NCBI GenBank assembly: GCA_050298595.1
Contig: JBNKUM010000009.1
Location: 32,001 to 96,000 of the forward strand
Direction: 5' to 3'
Length of the DNA: 64,000 nucleotides
Source: Gammaproteobacteria bacterium
GTDB lineage: Bacteria > Pseudomonadota > Gammaproteobacteria > GCA-001735895
Position numbers and translations under genes: made by a program. The notes under the pieces were generated by a model that worked only from the letters and a program-made list of their open reading frames with translations, had not been told where the DNA came from and ran no database searches. Below, piece by piece: positions 8,434 through 20,311 of this stretch; position 1 is the first letter of the stretch; every line of letters starts with the position of its first letter.

Positions 8434-9225
8434 ATGAATGCACGAGTTCTCGCTGTCCTTAACCACAAAGGAGGGGTAGGGAAAACTACGACCTGCCTGA
8501 ATCTGGTCAGCGCCTATGCCGATCAGGGCCTGAAAGTTCTGGCAATAGACCTTGACCCCCAGTCGCATCTTGCGGTCAGCCTTGGTTTTAATGACCCGGG
8601 TAATTCCGGCTTAGATGAAATTTTTTTCGAGCATGCTGCATTACAGGATTATGTTCAAACTGTTCGGGAAAATCTGCATCTGTTAGTAGCAGGCTACAGA
8701 TTGGGAGAGGCTGAAAGACTGGCTGCCAAGGGACGATCTCAGGCAGTGATTGTCAGGGATGCGATTGAGTCGGTACTAGATGAATACGATCTAATATTGA
8801 TGGATTGTCCTCCGACCTCAGGCCTGCTCAATTTTAATGCTTTATATGCGGCTAATGAGGTAGTGATTCCAGTCTCCAGTGATTACCTGGCTCTGCATGG
8901 TCTTTCTCAACTATTACATACATTGAATAGCGCAGAGAAGTTTATGCAGAAAAAATTACAGCGCTGGATCGTTTTGACTCGATTTGCTACGCGTAGGCGA
9001 CTATCTAATCAGGTTCGGGATAAGTTAATAAAATACTTTCCAAATCAGTTGCTACCCACGGTAATTCGTGAAAATGCGGCATTAGCTGAAAGTCCAAGTT
9101 TTGGTAAGTCAATTTTTGACTATAGTAAGCATAGTAATGGTGCTCAAGATTATGCCGCTCTGGCCGATGATATTTTGTACAAAAGAGTAAAGAATTGTGA
9201 TGAATCAAAAGAAAAATTTATTTGA
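8434..9225 (+). CDS. Second ParA/Soj-family ATPase
   Basis: [34 protein letters not shown]. Confidence 0.92.
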   Translation: MNARVLAVLNHKGGVGKTTTCLNLVSAYADQGLKVLAIDLDPQSHLAVSLGFNDPGNSGLDEIFFEHAALQDYVQTVRENLHLLVAGYRLGEAERLAAKGRSQAVIVRDAIESVLDEYDLILMDCPPTSGLLNFNALYAANEVVIPVSSDYLALHGLSQLLHTLNSAEKFMQKKLQRWIVLTRFATRRRLSNQVRDKLIKYFPNQLLPTVIRENAALAESPSFGKSIFDYSKHSNGAQDYAALADDILYKRVKNCDESKEKFI

Positions 9226-10429
9226 AAAGCATCCACTGGTTATCTCGGGTATCCTGATTATATTGTTACTGATGCTGATACAGGTATTTGTGCCGACCAG
9301 TTGGCTAAGTATCCTGAGTTTACTTATCATGCTTGCACTCGCCGTGTTGCTGATTAAGACTTTATCCAGGCAGGAGCTGGAACAGACAGAAGATGACCTT
9401 AACTCAGATCAGGTAACAGTTGATTTGATGACAGTATTTGACGATCTTGCCAGTCTGGTTGATCAACAGGCAGGAGAAATTAGCCAATCCTTAGCCCAGA
9501 TAAAACAGGTAGTTATCAATGCAAGCGGTAATTTAAGCGATAGCTTTCATGACTTGAATAATAAAAGTCAGGACCAGGGTCAGCTGGTACTGGGGTTGTT
9601 AAATGCCGATAAGGGGTCGGATGCTCCAGCAGGGGATACAAAATTTAATATTGCCCAGTTTCTTGTAGAAACTCATGGCCTGTTGCAACGATTTGTCGAG
9701 ATTATGATTTCAAATAGTGACAATAGCAGCAAAATGGTAAATGCCATCGATGATATTTCCAGACAAATGGACGAAGCCTTTTCGTTGTTGAATGACGTGA
9801 CAGCTATTGCCAATCAAACCAATTTACTGGCATTAAATGCAGCCATTGAAGCTGCCCGTGCAGGAGATGCCGGTCGTGGTTTTGCTGTTGTGGCAGATGA
9901 GGTTAGAAAACTGTCTCAACATTCAAACCGCTTCAGTTCAGAGATTGGAGCGGTAGTGCAGAAAGCCAAGACCGATATCTCCAGTGCTAAGGATGTGGTG
10001 GCAGAGATGGCATCGCGTGATATGTCTGATGCTATTGAAGAGAAAAATCGTGTCGACGGTATGTTACAGAAAGTCGAGGAATACAATCAGAATATTGATG
10101 TAGAACTGGGTAAGATTTCGACTATTAGCAATGAAATAGCGCTTGCTGTAGGACTAGCTGTACAATCGCTACAGTTTGAAGATGTAGTAACACAGGTTAT
10201 CAGTTATAGCGATCAACATGCTAACCGCTTGCAGGGCCTGGTGCATCGTTTACACCAAAAACTTGCTGTGTTGAAATCAAATGATGCAGCCACTAACCCA
10301 GTGCAGATCCATCATATGGTAGAGCAGTTTCGTGATGAAATTGCTCAACTCAAACAGGAATGGGATAAACCGCTGAATAAAGCTGTGAATCAGAGTTCTA
10401 TGGAGCAGGGCGATATAGAGATGTTTTGA
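9200..10429 (+). CDS. McpA-like methyl-accepting chemotaxis protein (TM hairpin, no periplasmic domain)
   Basis: Two adjacent TM helices; signalling tip [36 protein letters not shown]; ends QGDIEMF. Confidence 0.88.
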   Translation: MNQKKNLFEKHPLVISGILIILLLMLIQVFVPTSWLSILSLLIMLALAVLLIKTLSRQELEQTEDDLNSDQVTVDLMTVFDDLASLVDQQAGEISQSLAQIKQVVINASGNLSDSFHDLNNKSQDQGQLVLGLLNADKGSDAPAGDTKFNIAQFLVETHGLLQRFVEIMISNSDNSSKMVNAIDDISRQMDEAFSLLNDVTAIANQTNLLALNAAIEAARAGDAGRGFAVVADEVRKLSQHSNRFSSEIGAVVQKAKTDISSAKDVVAEMASRDMSDAIEEKNRVDGMLQKVEEYNQNIDVELGKISTISNEIALAVGLAVQSLQFEDVVTQVISYSDQHANRLQGLVHRLHQKLAVLKSNDAATNPVQIHHMVEQFRDEIAQLKQEWDKPLNKAVNQSSMEQGDIEMF

Positions 10430-10633
10430 GGGTAGTACGGTGTCATTGCTTATTTGCGGTAATTTATTGCAGTATAATGCTAACTAAACATAGCCTAACG
10501 ATTAAAGGATATGGCAGAATACTTTAGCCGCAAATTTCTGTTCAAAAAATCTAACTAGCTGCTATGCTAATTAACATACAAATGAAAGGGCGCAAAACCC
10601 AAACCTATTCAAAAATCATACAGGATCTTTTTT

Positions 10634-10939
10634 ATGTCTATTAACAGTACAGTGTCTGAAGACGGCAAGGTTATAACAATAGCCGTGTCAGGGAAATTTG
10701 ATTTCCAGCTCTACGATGAATTCAGAACCTCTTACGTCGACACACAAGGCTCAGGTGTTGATTACATTGTAGACCTTTCTGGGACTGATTATCTTGATAG
10801 TTCTGCGCTCGGCATGCTTTTACTATTACGCGAACATGCAGGTGGAGAAGGCTCAAAAATTAAGATATCCAGCGCTTCTCCTGACGTGAAAAAGGTTCTG
10901 GATGTGGCCAATTTTGGGAAGTTGTTCGAAATTAATTAA
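10634..10939 (+). CDS. STAS-domain anti-sigma factor antagonist (HsbA-like)
   Basis: SGKFDF...YLDSSALGMLLLLREHAGG with conserved phospho-Ser motif. Confidence 0.88.
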   Translation: MSINSTVSEDGKVITIAVSGKFDFQLYDEFRTSYVDTQGSGVDYIVDLSGTDYLDSSALGMLLLLREHAGGEGSKIKISSASPDVKKVLDVANFGKLFEIN

Positions 10940-10953
10940 CTTAGAGATGAGTC

Positions 10954-11247
10954 ATGAATGATTACTCAGAAAAAAGAGATTTCCAGAGAATGGTATTAGA
11001 CTGTTCGCTGGAATACCGTATCAGTGCCGAAGACAAAATCTATCAGGGGAAAATCCAGAACCTGAGTGCGAAAGGGGTGTTATTTCAGGGTGATCAGTCT
11101 ATAGCACTGGGTGTTCAGATTCAGATTACTGTATCTCCAGTCCACGATATAACCCCACCCATGGTTGCTGATGTTCGTGTGACGCGTTGTGACAAACGCG
11201 AAGATGGCAATTATTATGTGGCTGGGGAAATTATTCAGATCCTATGA
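10954..11247 (+). CDS. Stand-alone PilZ-domain c-di-GMP receptor
   Basis: RxxxR (EKRDFQRM) and NLSAKG (D/NxSxxG) motifs, 97 aa. Confidence 0.88.
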   Translation: MNDYSEKRDFQRMVLDCSLEYRISAEDKIYQGKIQNLSAKGVLFQGDQSIALGVQIQITVSPVHDITPPMVADVRVTRCDKREDGNYYVAGEIIQIL

Positions 11248-12483
11248 GTGACTTTCTCTGGAGTATGCTCTGACCACATAATCATCCACTAGACGTATAA
11301 ACTCTTCAGCAATATGATCACCTTTCAGGGTCACGGTTTTTACACCGTCTTCATAAACTGGTGCTACTGGTAGTTCACCGTTGCCTGGCAGGCTGATTCC
11401 AATGTTTGCATGTTTGCTTTCGCCCGGTCCATTCACTACACAGCCCATTACTGCAACATTCATTTTTTCTACACCAGGATATTCTCCTCTCCACTTCTGC
11501 ATAGATTGATCTAGCTGAGATTGTATTTTTTGTGCTAAAACCTGAAATAGGTTGCTGCTGGTCCGGCCGCATCCGGGGCAGGCTACAACAGTAGGTGTGA
11601 AAGATCGTATATTCATCGATTGCAGGATGTGCTGCGCTACCTTTACCTCTCTGGTACGGCTCTCACCGGGCTCGGGGGTGAGAGAGATTCGAATGGTGTC
11701 ACCAATACCTTCGTCTAGAAGAATGGCTAGTGCAGCGGTTGATGCGATAACCCCTTTATCACCCATGCCAGCTTCAGTCAGCCCCAGATGTAAAGCGTAG
11801 CTGGAGCGGGTTGCCAGTTCGCGGTAAACCGCAACCAGATCATGCACATGGCTCATCTTACAGCTGATGATGATTTTATCAGCAGCAAGGCCTATATCCT
11901 CGGCCAGGCGGGCACTGCTGAGAGCGGATTCAATGACCGCTCTACGGTTTATTTGATTGAGTGATTCAGGGTGTTTTGAGTGGGCATTCTGATCCAGCAA
12001 TTGAGCCAGGATCTGTTGATCCAGGCTGCCCCAGTTGACTCCTATTCTGACCGGTTTTTCGTAACGACAGGCTTGTTCGACCATACTCTGAAATTGAATA
12101 TCGCGTTTCTTTCCGCGCCCTACATTACCCGGGTTTATTCGATATTTAGCCAGAGCTTGCGCGCACTCAGGGTACTTTTCTAATAGTTTATGGCCATTGA
12201 AATGGAAGTCACCCACTATAGGTACCTGATACCCCGACTGAATCAGTGAATCAACTATGGGTGCTACAGCGCTGGCTGCTGCTTCATTATTCACTGTAAC
12301 ACGCACCAGCTCAGAGCCCGCGTCATGAAGTTGTTTAATCTGCTCAACAGTTGCAGAGATCTCAGCTGTATCGGTATTGGTCATGGATTGTACTATAACC
12401 GGGTTATTACCTCCGATTTGTACTGGACCGACCTGCACGGTATGGCGTTTGGGTAAAGCGTTTGTATTCACAATGTACTGCAT
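11242..12483 (-). CDS. ispG: (E)-4-hydroxy-3-methylbut-2-enyl-diphosphate synthase
   Basis: [66 protein letters not shown]; exact start uncertain. Confidence 0.96.
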   Translation of the reverse strand: MQYIVNTNALPKRHTVQVGPVQIGGNNPVIVQSMTNTDTAEISATVEQIKQLHDAGSELVRVTVNNEAAASAVAPIVDSLIQSGYQVPIVGDFHFNGHKLLEKYPECAQALAKYRINPGNVGRGKKRDIQFQSMVEQACRYEKPVRIGVNWGSLDQQILAQLLDQNAHSKHPESLNQINRRAVIESALSSARLAEDIGLAADKIIISCKMSHVHDLVAVYRELATRSSYALHLGLTEAGMGDKGVIASTAALAILLDEGIGDTIRISLTPEPGESRTREVKVAQHILQSMNIRSFTPTVVACPGCGRTSSNLFQVLAQKIQSQLDQSMQKWRGEYPGVEKMNVAVMGCVVNGPGESKHANIGISLPGNGELPVAPVYEDGVKTVTLKGDHIAEEFIRLVDDYVVRAYSRESHS

Positions 12484-12648
12484 CAATAGTAGAAAGAGGG
12501 GCATTATATCTATTTTTTGCAAAAGGATATGCCGACAAAGACGATATCTCGTCTAAATATTAAACATATCCCAAATAAAGCTGAATATTGTAGATGTTGC
12601 ACTATAACTAATTAATAAACATCACAATAATGAGGGGGGGAGTATTGC

Positions 12649-14751
12649 ATGTCCATTGATATGGCTCAATTCCATCAGGTCTTCTTCGAGGAAAGCTTTG
12701 AAGGCCTGGCAGTGATGGAGACCGGTTTGATGGAGCTTGAACCTGGCAGTGCTGATGAGGAAGTAATAAACAGTATCTTTCGTGCCGCCCACTCTATCAA
12801 AGGTGGCTCCGGTACCTTTGGATTCAAGGCTATTGCAGATTTTACCCATGTAATGGAAACATTACTGGATGAAATGCGTGATGGTAAACGCAATGTTACT
12901 CGAGAAAATAGCGACATTCTGTTGCGTTCAGTCGACTGTCTTAAGGAAATGCTGGAAGCTGCGCAATCCGGTAGTGAAGCTGATGCTGAGCGTGTTCAGG
13001 AACATCAGGCTGAACTGGAAAAAGAATTAGCCAATACCTCCACTGCTGAATCCTCTCCAATTGCTAGCGATAGTGCAGCTCAGATTCCCATACAAAGCAA
13101 TGAAACTCCATCCAGACGCTGGAAAATTCTATTTAAACCCACGCGTGAAATGTTGCAGTCGGCTAATGATCCCCTGCCTCTGATGCGTGAATTACGTGAG
13201 TTGGGAGAACTGGAGCTGATTTCCAGGCTCGATCAGGTACCTGACTTCGAATCGCTGGAACCTGAAGATTGTTATATGAGCTGGGAAATGAATCTTTTTG
13301 GCGATGCCAGCAAGGAGCAGCTACTGGAGGTTTTCGCATGGGTAGAAGATTTATGTGAGCTATCCATAACTGAGTTAGTGGATGAGTCTGAGCAAAGTGA
13401 TCAGCAGGCAGTAGTTGAGCCGAATAAAATACTGGTCCCACAACGCAGAGAAGAAGATCGGGGGAAACCTCGCATGGATCGGCGCGAAGGTGATCGACGC
13501 AAGGCAGATCGAAGAACCGTCACTAGCGCACCAGCGGCTCAGGCAGCCTCCATTCGGGTAGAAACCGGTAAAATCGATGCGCTCATTAATATGGTAGGTG
13601 AGCTGGTGATTACTCAGTCCATGTTGGGTATGGTTGGCGAAAATATTGAAGAAAACCATGCCGTTACACCTGCCGATATTGAAAAGATGGTGGAAGGCCT
13701 GAAACAGCTGGAACGTAATACCCGTGAATTGCAGGAAAGTGTGATGAAGGTAAGAATGATGCCGATCAGTTTTTCCTTTTCTCGCTTCCCCCGCCTGGTG
13801 CGTGATTTATCCGCCAAGTTAGGCAAAAAGATAGACCTCAAATTAGTCGGTGAAACCACCGAAGTCGATAAAACCGTAATCGAAAAAATCGGTGACCCTA
13901 TGGTTCATCTGGTACGTAACAGTATTGATCATGGGATAGAAGAGCCCGCCGACAGACTTGCTGCTGGCAAACCGGAAACCGGAACTATTGAACTGAATGC
14001 CTACCATCAGGGGGGCAATATCGTCATCGAAATTAAGGATGACGGTAAAGGCATGGATAAACAAAAGCTACTGGATAAGGCGATTGATAGAGGACTGATT
14101 GGTGAAGAGGATCAGCTTAGCGATAAACAAATCTTTGATTTAATCTTTATGCCAGGATTTTCTACCGCCGAAGTAGTGAGTGATGTATCTGGTCGGGGCG
14201 TCGGCATGGATGTGGTCAGAAGAAACATCCAGGAGCTTGGTGGCGGGGTTGAAATTGAGTCAGAGCTGGGTATTGGTACCACCATGATCATTCGTCTGCC
14301 CTTGACCCTGGCAATTCTAGATGGACAGACAGTTAAGGTTGATAGTGAAAATTACATCATTCCAATCATCTCTATCATTGAATCGATTCAGATCAAGCCC
14401 GAGATGCTCAAGCGTGTCGGAGGTCAGGGTGAAACCTTCAGGTTACGCGATGAATATATACCTATTATCAAATTGCATGAAGTCTTCGGCATCGAAGGAG
14501 CTGAGCAGATTTCACTAGATGAAGGCTTGCTGGTAGTGGTAGAAGCTGACGGTCAACATGTAGGTCTTTTTGTCGATGATCTGTTAGGTCAGCAGCAGGT
14601 CGTTATCAAATCGCTGGAAAGTAATTACAGGAAAATTGAAGGTTTTTCAGGGGCGACAATTTTAGGAGATGGTTCTGTAGCCCTGATACTGGATATGCCT
14701 GGAATATTGCGCCTCAATAAAAAGCTAACCCATCAGTCACAGGCGGCATAG
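12649..14751 (+). CDS. cheA: Chemotaxis histidine kinase CheA (F7/Che2-type)
   Basis: MSIDMAQFHQVFFEES, IFRAAHSIKGGSGTFG, P2 domain, HATPase and CheW domains. Confidence 0.97.
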   Translation: MSIDMAQFHQVFFEESFEGLAVMETGLMELEPGSADEEVINSIFRAAHSIKGGSGTFGFKAIADFTHVMETLLDEMRDGKRNVTRENSDILLRSVDCLKEMLEAAQSGSEADAERVQEHQAELEKELANTSTAESSPIASDSAAQIPIQSNETPSRRWKILFKPTREMLQSANDPLPLMRELRELGELELISRLDQVPDFESLEPEDCYMSWEMNLFGDASKEQLLEVFAWVEDLCELSITELVDESEQSDQQAVVEPNKILVPQRREEDRGKPRMDRREGDRRKADRRTVTSAPAAQAASIRVETGKIDALINMVGELVITQSMLGMVGENIEENHAVTPADIEKMVEGLKQLERNTRELQESVMKVRMMPISFSFSRFPRLVRDLSAKLGKKIDLKLVGETTEVDKTVIEKIGDPMVHLVRNSIDHGIEEPADRLAAGKPETGTIELNAYHQGGNIVIEIKDDGKGMDKQKLLDKAIDRGLIGEEDQLSDKQIFDLIFMPGFSTAEVVSDVSGRGVGMDVVRRNIQELGGGVEIESELGIGTTMIIRLPLTLAILDGQTVKVDSENYIIPIISIIESIQIKPEMLKRVGGQGETFRLRDEYIPIIKLHEVFGIEGAEQISLDEGLLVVVEADGQHVGLFVDDLLGQQQVVIKSLESNYRKIEGFSGATILGDGSVALILDMPGILRLNKKLTHQSQAA

Positions 14752-14754
14752 ATC

Positions 14755-15258
14755 GTGGGTGAACAGGAAATTGCAGAAGAATTAAAACATCTGTCATCTG
14801 TAGATCAGTATCTGACCTTTGCCATAGGTGAGGAAGATTATGGGGTACATATCTTAAGTGTGCAGGAAATAAGAGGCTGGGAAGCAGTAGCTCGTGTACC
14901 CAATACACCTCACTATATCAAAGGGGTACTTAATTTGAGGGGAACTGCAGTTCCCGTCATTGATATGCGTCTGCGCATGGGAGAAAAAGAGCCAGAATAC
15001 AATGCAACCACGGTGGTAATCATCTTGCGAGCATCTATGAATTCGGCAGAAAGAATCGCTGGTATAGTAGTGGATAATGTTTCTGATGTAATGCATGCGC
15101 GTAGCGATGAAATCAGGAAAACACCAGATTTTGGAGACAGAGTGGATACCGAGTTTATCAAGGGTCTGGTTGATGCTGATGGCAAGATGGTTATGTTGTT
15201 CGATGTAGATAAGTTTATGCATCACCCGGATATTTATGATGAAGAAGTGAACGAATAA
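14755..15258 (+). CDS. cheW: Chemotaxis protein CheW
   Basis: [31 protein letters not shown]; GTG start 3 nt after cheA stop. Confidence 0.93.
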   Translation: MGEQEIAEELKHLSSVDQYLTFAIGEEDYGVHILSVQEIRGWEAVARVPNTPHYIKGVLNLRGTAVPVIDMRLRMGEKEPEYNATTVVIILRASMNSAERIAGIVVDNVSDVMHARSDEIRKTPDFGDRVDTEFIKGLVDADGKMVMLFDVDKFMHHPDIYDEEVNE

Positions 15259-15277
15259 CCCAGCGGCGAAGATAATT

Positions 15278-18001
15278 ATGTCTATCAATAATATTAAAGT
15301 AAACAGCAAGCTGATTTTGATGCTGATGGTCCCTTTTCTGGTGATGTTGGTTCTTGCGGTGATGGAGTTTCAATCAGCCCTTTTGAAAGCCCGCAATGCT
15401 TCTAATATGGGACATTTTACCAATATTGCAATTACCATGAATCGGACAACAGATGCAATCCAGCAGGAATATGATATTTCGCTTACATTTATCAACTCAA
15501 CTGGCAAAGAGTATTCGTCTGCGCTGGATAAAGCACGACAGGATACTGATACAAAGGTATCTGAGCTGAGAGCGGAATTGGAATTGAGCGATACAGCCTC
15601 CTATGGAGAAGACTATGTCCATCAGCTTGAACAGGTTCAGACTGATATTAATCAACTGGCTGAGATACGGTCTGCTGTTAATAATCAGTCAGTTATAGTA
15701 GCCCATTCCTATGAAAAGGTTGTGGCGAATATGTTGAAAATAATCGAAATGCTACCTCGCCTAAGTTTAGATAAAAACATGGCTAACACCGCCAATGCTT
15801 ATGCAAATCTGCTCGTGCAGAAGAATAATGCCATCAAGGAGAAACGGATATTGCTGGTGGTGTCTAAACGTGATCATTTCCTTGGTCGGGAGTTTAATGA
15901 TTTTATCCAGGCAGTTAATTTACAACATAATTATGAGTCTGCTTTCCTATCGCTGGCTAATCAGCATGAGAAAGAGTTCTATCATAAAACGCTCGATACT
16001 GATGTGGTGAAACGAGCTGAAAGCATGCGGGAGAAAGCTCGAAATCCGACAGAGGATGGCAGCATAAATATTGATCCAGCTGAATGGGATAAATCACAGG
16101 GAGAGAAAATTAAACTGCTGAACAAGATCGCTGAAGTGATGACTGAAAGTATAAAAAATTCAGCTGAAAAAGCGGATTCGGTAGCTGTTACCACATTGAT
16201 AACCATTAGTATCGTCGCCGCAGTAGCAACCTTATTATCAATATTCATGTGGTGGATTATTTCATCGAGTATAAAGGGTTCGCTGAATACGGTGTCTCAT
16301 ATACTGGGGCGGATTGCGATTGGTGATTTTTCCAGTGAAATTAAAAATACAGGTAATGATGAATTTGGTCAGTTGTTAAGCACCTTAGGCAAGATGCAGT
16401 CAGACCTGAAAAAGAAGCTGGATAGCGACGCCGAGATTGCTGCGAGTAATGCACGCATCAAGGTGGCACTGGATAATGTATCCGCCAACGTGATGTTAGC
16501 TGATCAGAATAATGACATTATTTATATAAACCCTGCTGCCGATATAATGTTTTCTGGCATCGAAAAGGATCTGGCAAAAGATATTGCTGGATTCAACGCT
16601 AGCAATATCATAGGTAGAAATGTTGATGTATTCCATAAAAACCCAGCCCATCAACAGCGCCTGCTTGCAACCTTAAGTGGGCGTCACAATGCTCAGTTTT
16701 TTGCGGGTGGTCGAAGCATGGCTTTCGTTGCCAATCCGGTACTGGGCGATGGTGGTGAGCGCCTAGGCACGGTGGTTGAATGGCAGGATCGGACAGCAGA
16801 GGTTAATGCTGAAATTGAAATTCAATCAATTGTTGACTCGGTGCAACAGGGTGACCTTGAACAAAGGGTATCCACGGAAGGTAAATCCGGATTTTTCCTC
16901 AACCTGAGTGAAGGTATCAACAAAATGGTTGCTGAGGTAGCTGGTACCTTAAATGATATTAATGTGGTGATGTCGGCTTTAGCACATGGAGATCTGACCC
17001 AAAAAATTGAAAATCATTACCTCGGCACTTTCGAGTCAGTTGCGAATAACGTTAATACTACTATTGATGAGCTGTCAAATATTGTTGGAGAAATCAGATC
17101 TACATCCGATGAAGTGACCACTACCTCTCACGAGATTCTGGATGGTAATAACAGTCTGTCAGCTCGCACCGAGCAGCAGGCTGCGGCACTGGAAGAAACA
17201 GCGTCCAGCATGGAAGAAATTACCAGTACAGTGAAGCAGAACTCGGATAATGCGCAACAGGCTAATGTGCTCTCAACCGCGGCTGGAGAAATGGCTAATA
17301 AAGGGGGGCAAGTCGTTGATGATGCGGTGATCGCCATGCAGGAAATCAATGCGTCGAGTGAAAAAATCGCTGAAATCATTAGCGTTATTGATGAAATCGC
17401 ATTCCAGACCAACCTGCTTGCGCTGAATGCTAGTGTCGAAGCAGCCCGAGCTGGTGATCAGGGTAGAGGTTTTGCCGTGGTGGCCACCGAAGTACGAAAT
17501 CTGGCACAACGTAGTGCGACTGCAGCTAAGGAGATTAAGGAACTGATTAATGATAGCGTGCAAAAGGTTAATGCTGGGACTGAACTGGTGAATAAATCGG
17601 GTGAAACACTTAAGGAAATCGTTCAGGGGGTTAAGAAGGTAGGAGATATCGTCGCCGAAATCGCTGCTGCTAGCCAGGAGCAGACAACGGGAATCCAGCA
17701 GGTCAACATTGCTGTGGCCAGTATGGATGAAACCACACAGCAGAATGCAGCATTGGCAGAGCAGACATCTGCCGCTAGTGTATCGATGACAGAGCGTAGT
17801 AGTGACATGTCCAGAAGACTGGAGTTTTTTACTCTAGGTGGTAACTGGAAGCCGAAACCAGCAAGCACTACAGCTGCAAAGCCCGCAAAAAAAACTCAAG
17901 TAACTCCGACAGAAAAACCTAAACCTAAACTAAAAACTAAACCAAAAGTCGATGTGGTAGCTGATACTGATTTTGATGACGATGAGTGGGAAGAGTTTTA
18001 G
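15278..18001 (+). CDS. Methyl-accepting chemotaxis protein: TM, NIT-like periplasmic domain, TM, HAMP, Aer2-type PAS, HAMP, MA, C-terminal pentapeptide EWEEF
   Basis: Helical periplasmic domain with NIT-like layout; PAS with FHKNPAHQ and VEW; tip [19 protein letters not shown]; ends DDDEWEEF. Confidence 0.9.
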   Translation: MSINNIKVNSKLILMLMVPFLVMLVLAVMEFQSALLKARNASNMGHFTNIAITMNRTTDAIQQEYDISLTFINSTGKEYSSALDKARQDTDTKVSELRAELELSDTASYGEDYVHQLEQVQTDINQLAEIRSAVNNQSVIVAHSYEKVVANMLKIIEMLPRLSLDKNMANTANAYANLLVQKNNAIKEKRILLVVSKRDHFLGREFNDFIQAVNLQHNYESAFLSLANQHEKEFYHKTLDTDVVKRAESMREKARNPTEDGSINIDPAEWDKSQGEKIKLLNKIAEVMTESIKNSAEKADSVAVTTLITISIVAAVATLLSIFMWWIISSSIKGSLNTVSHILGRIAIGDFSSEIKNTGNDEFGQLLSTLGKMQSDLKKKLDSDAEIAASNARIKVALDNVSANVMLADQNNDIIYINPAADIMFSGIEKDLAKDIAGFNASNIIGRNVDVFHKNPAHQQRLLATLSGRHNAQFFAGGRSMAFVANPVLGDGGERLGTVVEWQDRTAEVNAEIEIQSIVDSVQQGDLEQRVSTEGKSGFFLNLSEGINKMVAEVAGTLNDINVVMSALAHGDLTQKIENHYLGTFESVANNVNTTIDELSNIVGEIRSTSDEVTTTSHEILDGNNSLSARTEQQAAALEETASSMEEITSTVKQNSDNAQQANVLSTAAGEMANKGGQVVDDAVIAMQEINASSEKIAEIISVIDEIAFQTNLLALNASVEAARAGDQGRGFAVVATEVRNLAQRSATAAKEIKELINDSVQKVNAGTELVNKSGETLKEIVQGVKKVGDIVAEIAAASQEQTTGIQQVNIAVASMDETTQQNAALAEQTSAASVSMTERSSDMSRRLEFFTLGGNWKPKPASTTAAKPAKKTQVTPTEKPKPKLKTKPKVDVVADTDFDDDEWEEF

Positions 18002-18064
18002 TGCAATGATTTGTTGCGAATAAACCATACGATTTTTATCTTTAGATAAGAACTGGAGCACAAC

Positions 18065-20266
18065 ATGAAAATTAATGAGCCTGTAACTCAAAATGAAGTC
18101 AAGATGCGCGAGGGTTCAATCCTGGTGTCTAAAACAGACCTTAAGGGCATTATTACCTATGTTAATCAGGACTTCATTGATATTAGTGGATTCTCCGAAG
18201 ATGAATTGATTGGTAAAAATCATAACGTTGTGCGCCATCCCGATATGCCTCCAGAGGCCTTCCAGTGGTTATGGGATGACCTTAAGGCAGGGCAACCCTG
18301 GACTGCACCCGTTAAAAACAGAGCCAAAAATGGTGACTATTACTGGGTGAGTGCAAATGTGTCACCGATTACCAAAAATGGAAAAGTAGTTGAATATATG
18401 TCCGTCAGGACTCGGCCTGGCGATGATGTGATTGCAGCTGCAGACAAACTTTACAGGGATATTAATGCAGGTAAGGTTTCGCTTGAAAAAACAGCTTTAC
18501 AAAAGGCTATACATAAATTCAACAGCATAAAAACTACTACCTGGTTATATACCAGCGTCATTATCGCATCGTTGTTTATGTTCGCGCTGGCTGCAATGCT
18601 CATGTCAGGTGTGTCTGCATCAGGTATAGCGACTGCTCTGGTCGTGGCTGGAGTGCTTACGCTAATTGGTGGCACCATCAATACCCGTAATAACAGTAAA
18701 CCCATGCATTATCTTGAGTCACAGTTATTAGCCATTTCCAATGGTGATTACTTTAACTGGACCGATATTACGCGACCTGATGATATCGGGGACATGATGC
18801 GCTGCGTCTTTTCCACTCAGGTAAGACTGGGGTTTGATGTGATGGATGCAAGGGAAAAAGCGGTTGAAGGTGACCGTATTAAAACTGCGCTGGATAATGT
18901 CAGCGCCAACGTGATGGTGGCTGATGCGGATCTAAACATTATTTATATCAATGATACTATCAGTAAAATGTTTGCCAATGCTGAACAGGATATTAGAAAG
19001 GATTTACCGAACTTTAATGCTGCTACTTTACTGGGTACGAATATTGATGTTTTCCACAAAAATCCGGCCCATCAAAGAGGTCTGCTGGAAACTCTAACAT
19101 CGACCTATCAAGCTGACCTGAAAATTGGCGGTAGAAGCATGCAGGTGATTGCAAACCCGGTTATTAATGCCGATGGTCGCAAAATTGGTACCGTAGCCGA
19201 ATGGACAGATCGTACCGTTGAGGTTGCGATTGAAGAAGAGATGACCACGCTGGTGACTGATGCACAGTCAGGCAATTTATCGACTCGACTGAGTACAGAA
19301 GGTAAGGATGGTTTTTTCAGGCAGTTGGCAGATAATCTTAATAATATGCTGGATGTGCTGGAAGCTACTTTTAGCGATATCAGTAATGTGATGTCCACCC
19401 TGCGCGATGGTGATTTAACCCATACGATTGATCGTGACTACGAGGGTGTATTCGGAGAGGTTAAGGAAAACGTTAATGGCACGATCGAACAGATCAAAAG
19501 TATTGTGACTGAAATTCGCGAGTCTTCCACTCAGATAGATAGCACAGCCAGTGAAATTGCGACAGGTAATCACAATTTGTCATCTCGTACAGAGCAACAG
19601 GCAGCGGCGCTGGAAGAGGTTGCTTCCAGTATGGAAGAGATCACCTCTACCGTGAAGCAGAATGCAGATAATGCGGCTCATGCCAATACCCTGGCTACCG
19701 ATGCCGGTAATACCGCCGACGAAGGTGGCGAGGTGGTAAAACAGGCCGTTAATGCGATGACTGAAATCAATGCTTCCAGTTCCAGAATTGCAGAAATTAT
19801 CGGTGTGATTGATGAAATAGCATTCCAGACCAACCTGCTGGCTTTGAATGCTAGTGTAGAAGCGGCACGCGCAGGAGAACAGGGTAGAGGTTTTGCGGTA
19901 GTCGCCACAGAAGTTCGTAACCTGGCTCAGCGTAGTGCGACGGCGGCAAAGGAAATTAAGGAGCTGATTAATGATTCAGTGAAAAAGGTCCAGGCGGGTT
20001 CTGCGCTGGTGAATGAATCCGGCGTCAAGTTAGAAGAAATAGTAACCGGAGTGAAAAAAGTAAAGGATATCGTCGCTGAAATAGCTGCAGCAAGCTCAGA
20101 ACAGGCAACTGGTGTTGACCAGGTCAGTACCGCTATCACCAGCATGGATGATTTGACACAACAAAATGCTGCACTGGCTGAAGAGGCCTCTGCGGCCAGC
20201 ACGAACATGTCAGAACAGGCTCAGGTAATGAATAAACAGATGCAATTCTTTACAACAAATGGTTAA
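18065..20266 (+). CDS. Aer-like chemoreceptor: FAD-type PAS, TM hairpin, HAMP, Aer2-type PAS, HAMP, MA
   Basis: N-terminal [11 protein letters not shown]...[13 protein letters not shown]...[13 protein letters not shown]...[12 protein letters not shown]; second [11 protein letters not shown]...AEW; MA domain. Confidence 0.9.
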   Translation: MKINEPVTQNEVKMREGSILVSKTDLKGIITYVNQDFIDISGFSEDELIGKNHNVVRHPDMPPEAFQWLWDDLKAGQPWTAPVKNRAKNGDYYWVSANVSPITKNGKVVEYMSVRTRPGDDVIAAADKLYRDINAGKVSLEKTALQKAIHKFNSIKTTTWLYTSVIIASLFMFALAAMLMSGVSASGIATALVVAGVLTLIGGTINTRNNSKPMHYLESQLLAISNGDYFNWTDITRPDDIGDMMRCVFSTQVRLGFDVMDAREKAVEGDRIKTALDNVSANVMVADADLNIIYINDTISKMFANAEQDIRKDLPNFNAATLLGTNIDVFHKNPAHQRGLLETLTSTYQADLKIGGRSMQVIANPVINADGRKIGTVAEWTDRTVEVAIEEEMTTLVTDAQSGNLSTRLSTEGKDGFFRQLADNLNNMLDVLEATFSDISNVMSTLRDGDLTHTIDRDYEGVFGEVKENVNGTIEQIKSIVTEIRESSTQIDSTASEIATGNHNLSSRTEQQAAALEEVASSMEEITSTVKQNADNAAHANTLATDAGNTADEGGEVVKQAVNAMTEINASSSRIAEIIGVIDEIAFQTNLLALNASVEAARAGEQGRGFAVVATEVRNLAQRSATAAKEIKELINDSVKKVQAGSALVNESGVKLEEIVTGVKKVKDIVAEIAAASSEQATGVDQVSTAITSMDDLTQQNAALAEEASAASTNMSEQAQVMNKQMQFFTTNG

Positions 20267-20311
20267 TAAGCCATTTGCTATGAAGCATGAGAATACTCCA
20301 GGTGTAACGAG

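Noticed and set aside
10581-10615. GAAAGGGCGCAAAACC upstream of the STAS gene resembling a c-di-GMP-I riboswitch core
   Set aside because: No GGYAAAC-opened P2 stem around the GAAA and no P3 stem with tetraloop receptor; too short
12505-12540. GCCGACAA sigma-28-like -10 upstream of cheA
   Set aside because: No -35 at the 15-nt spacing (ATTT found); left uncalled
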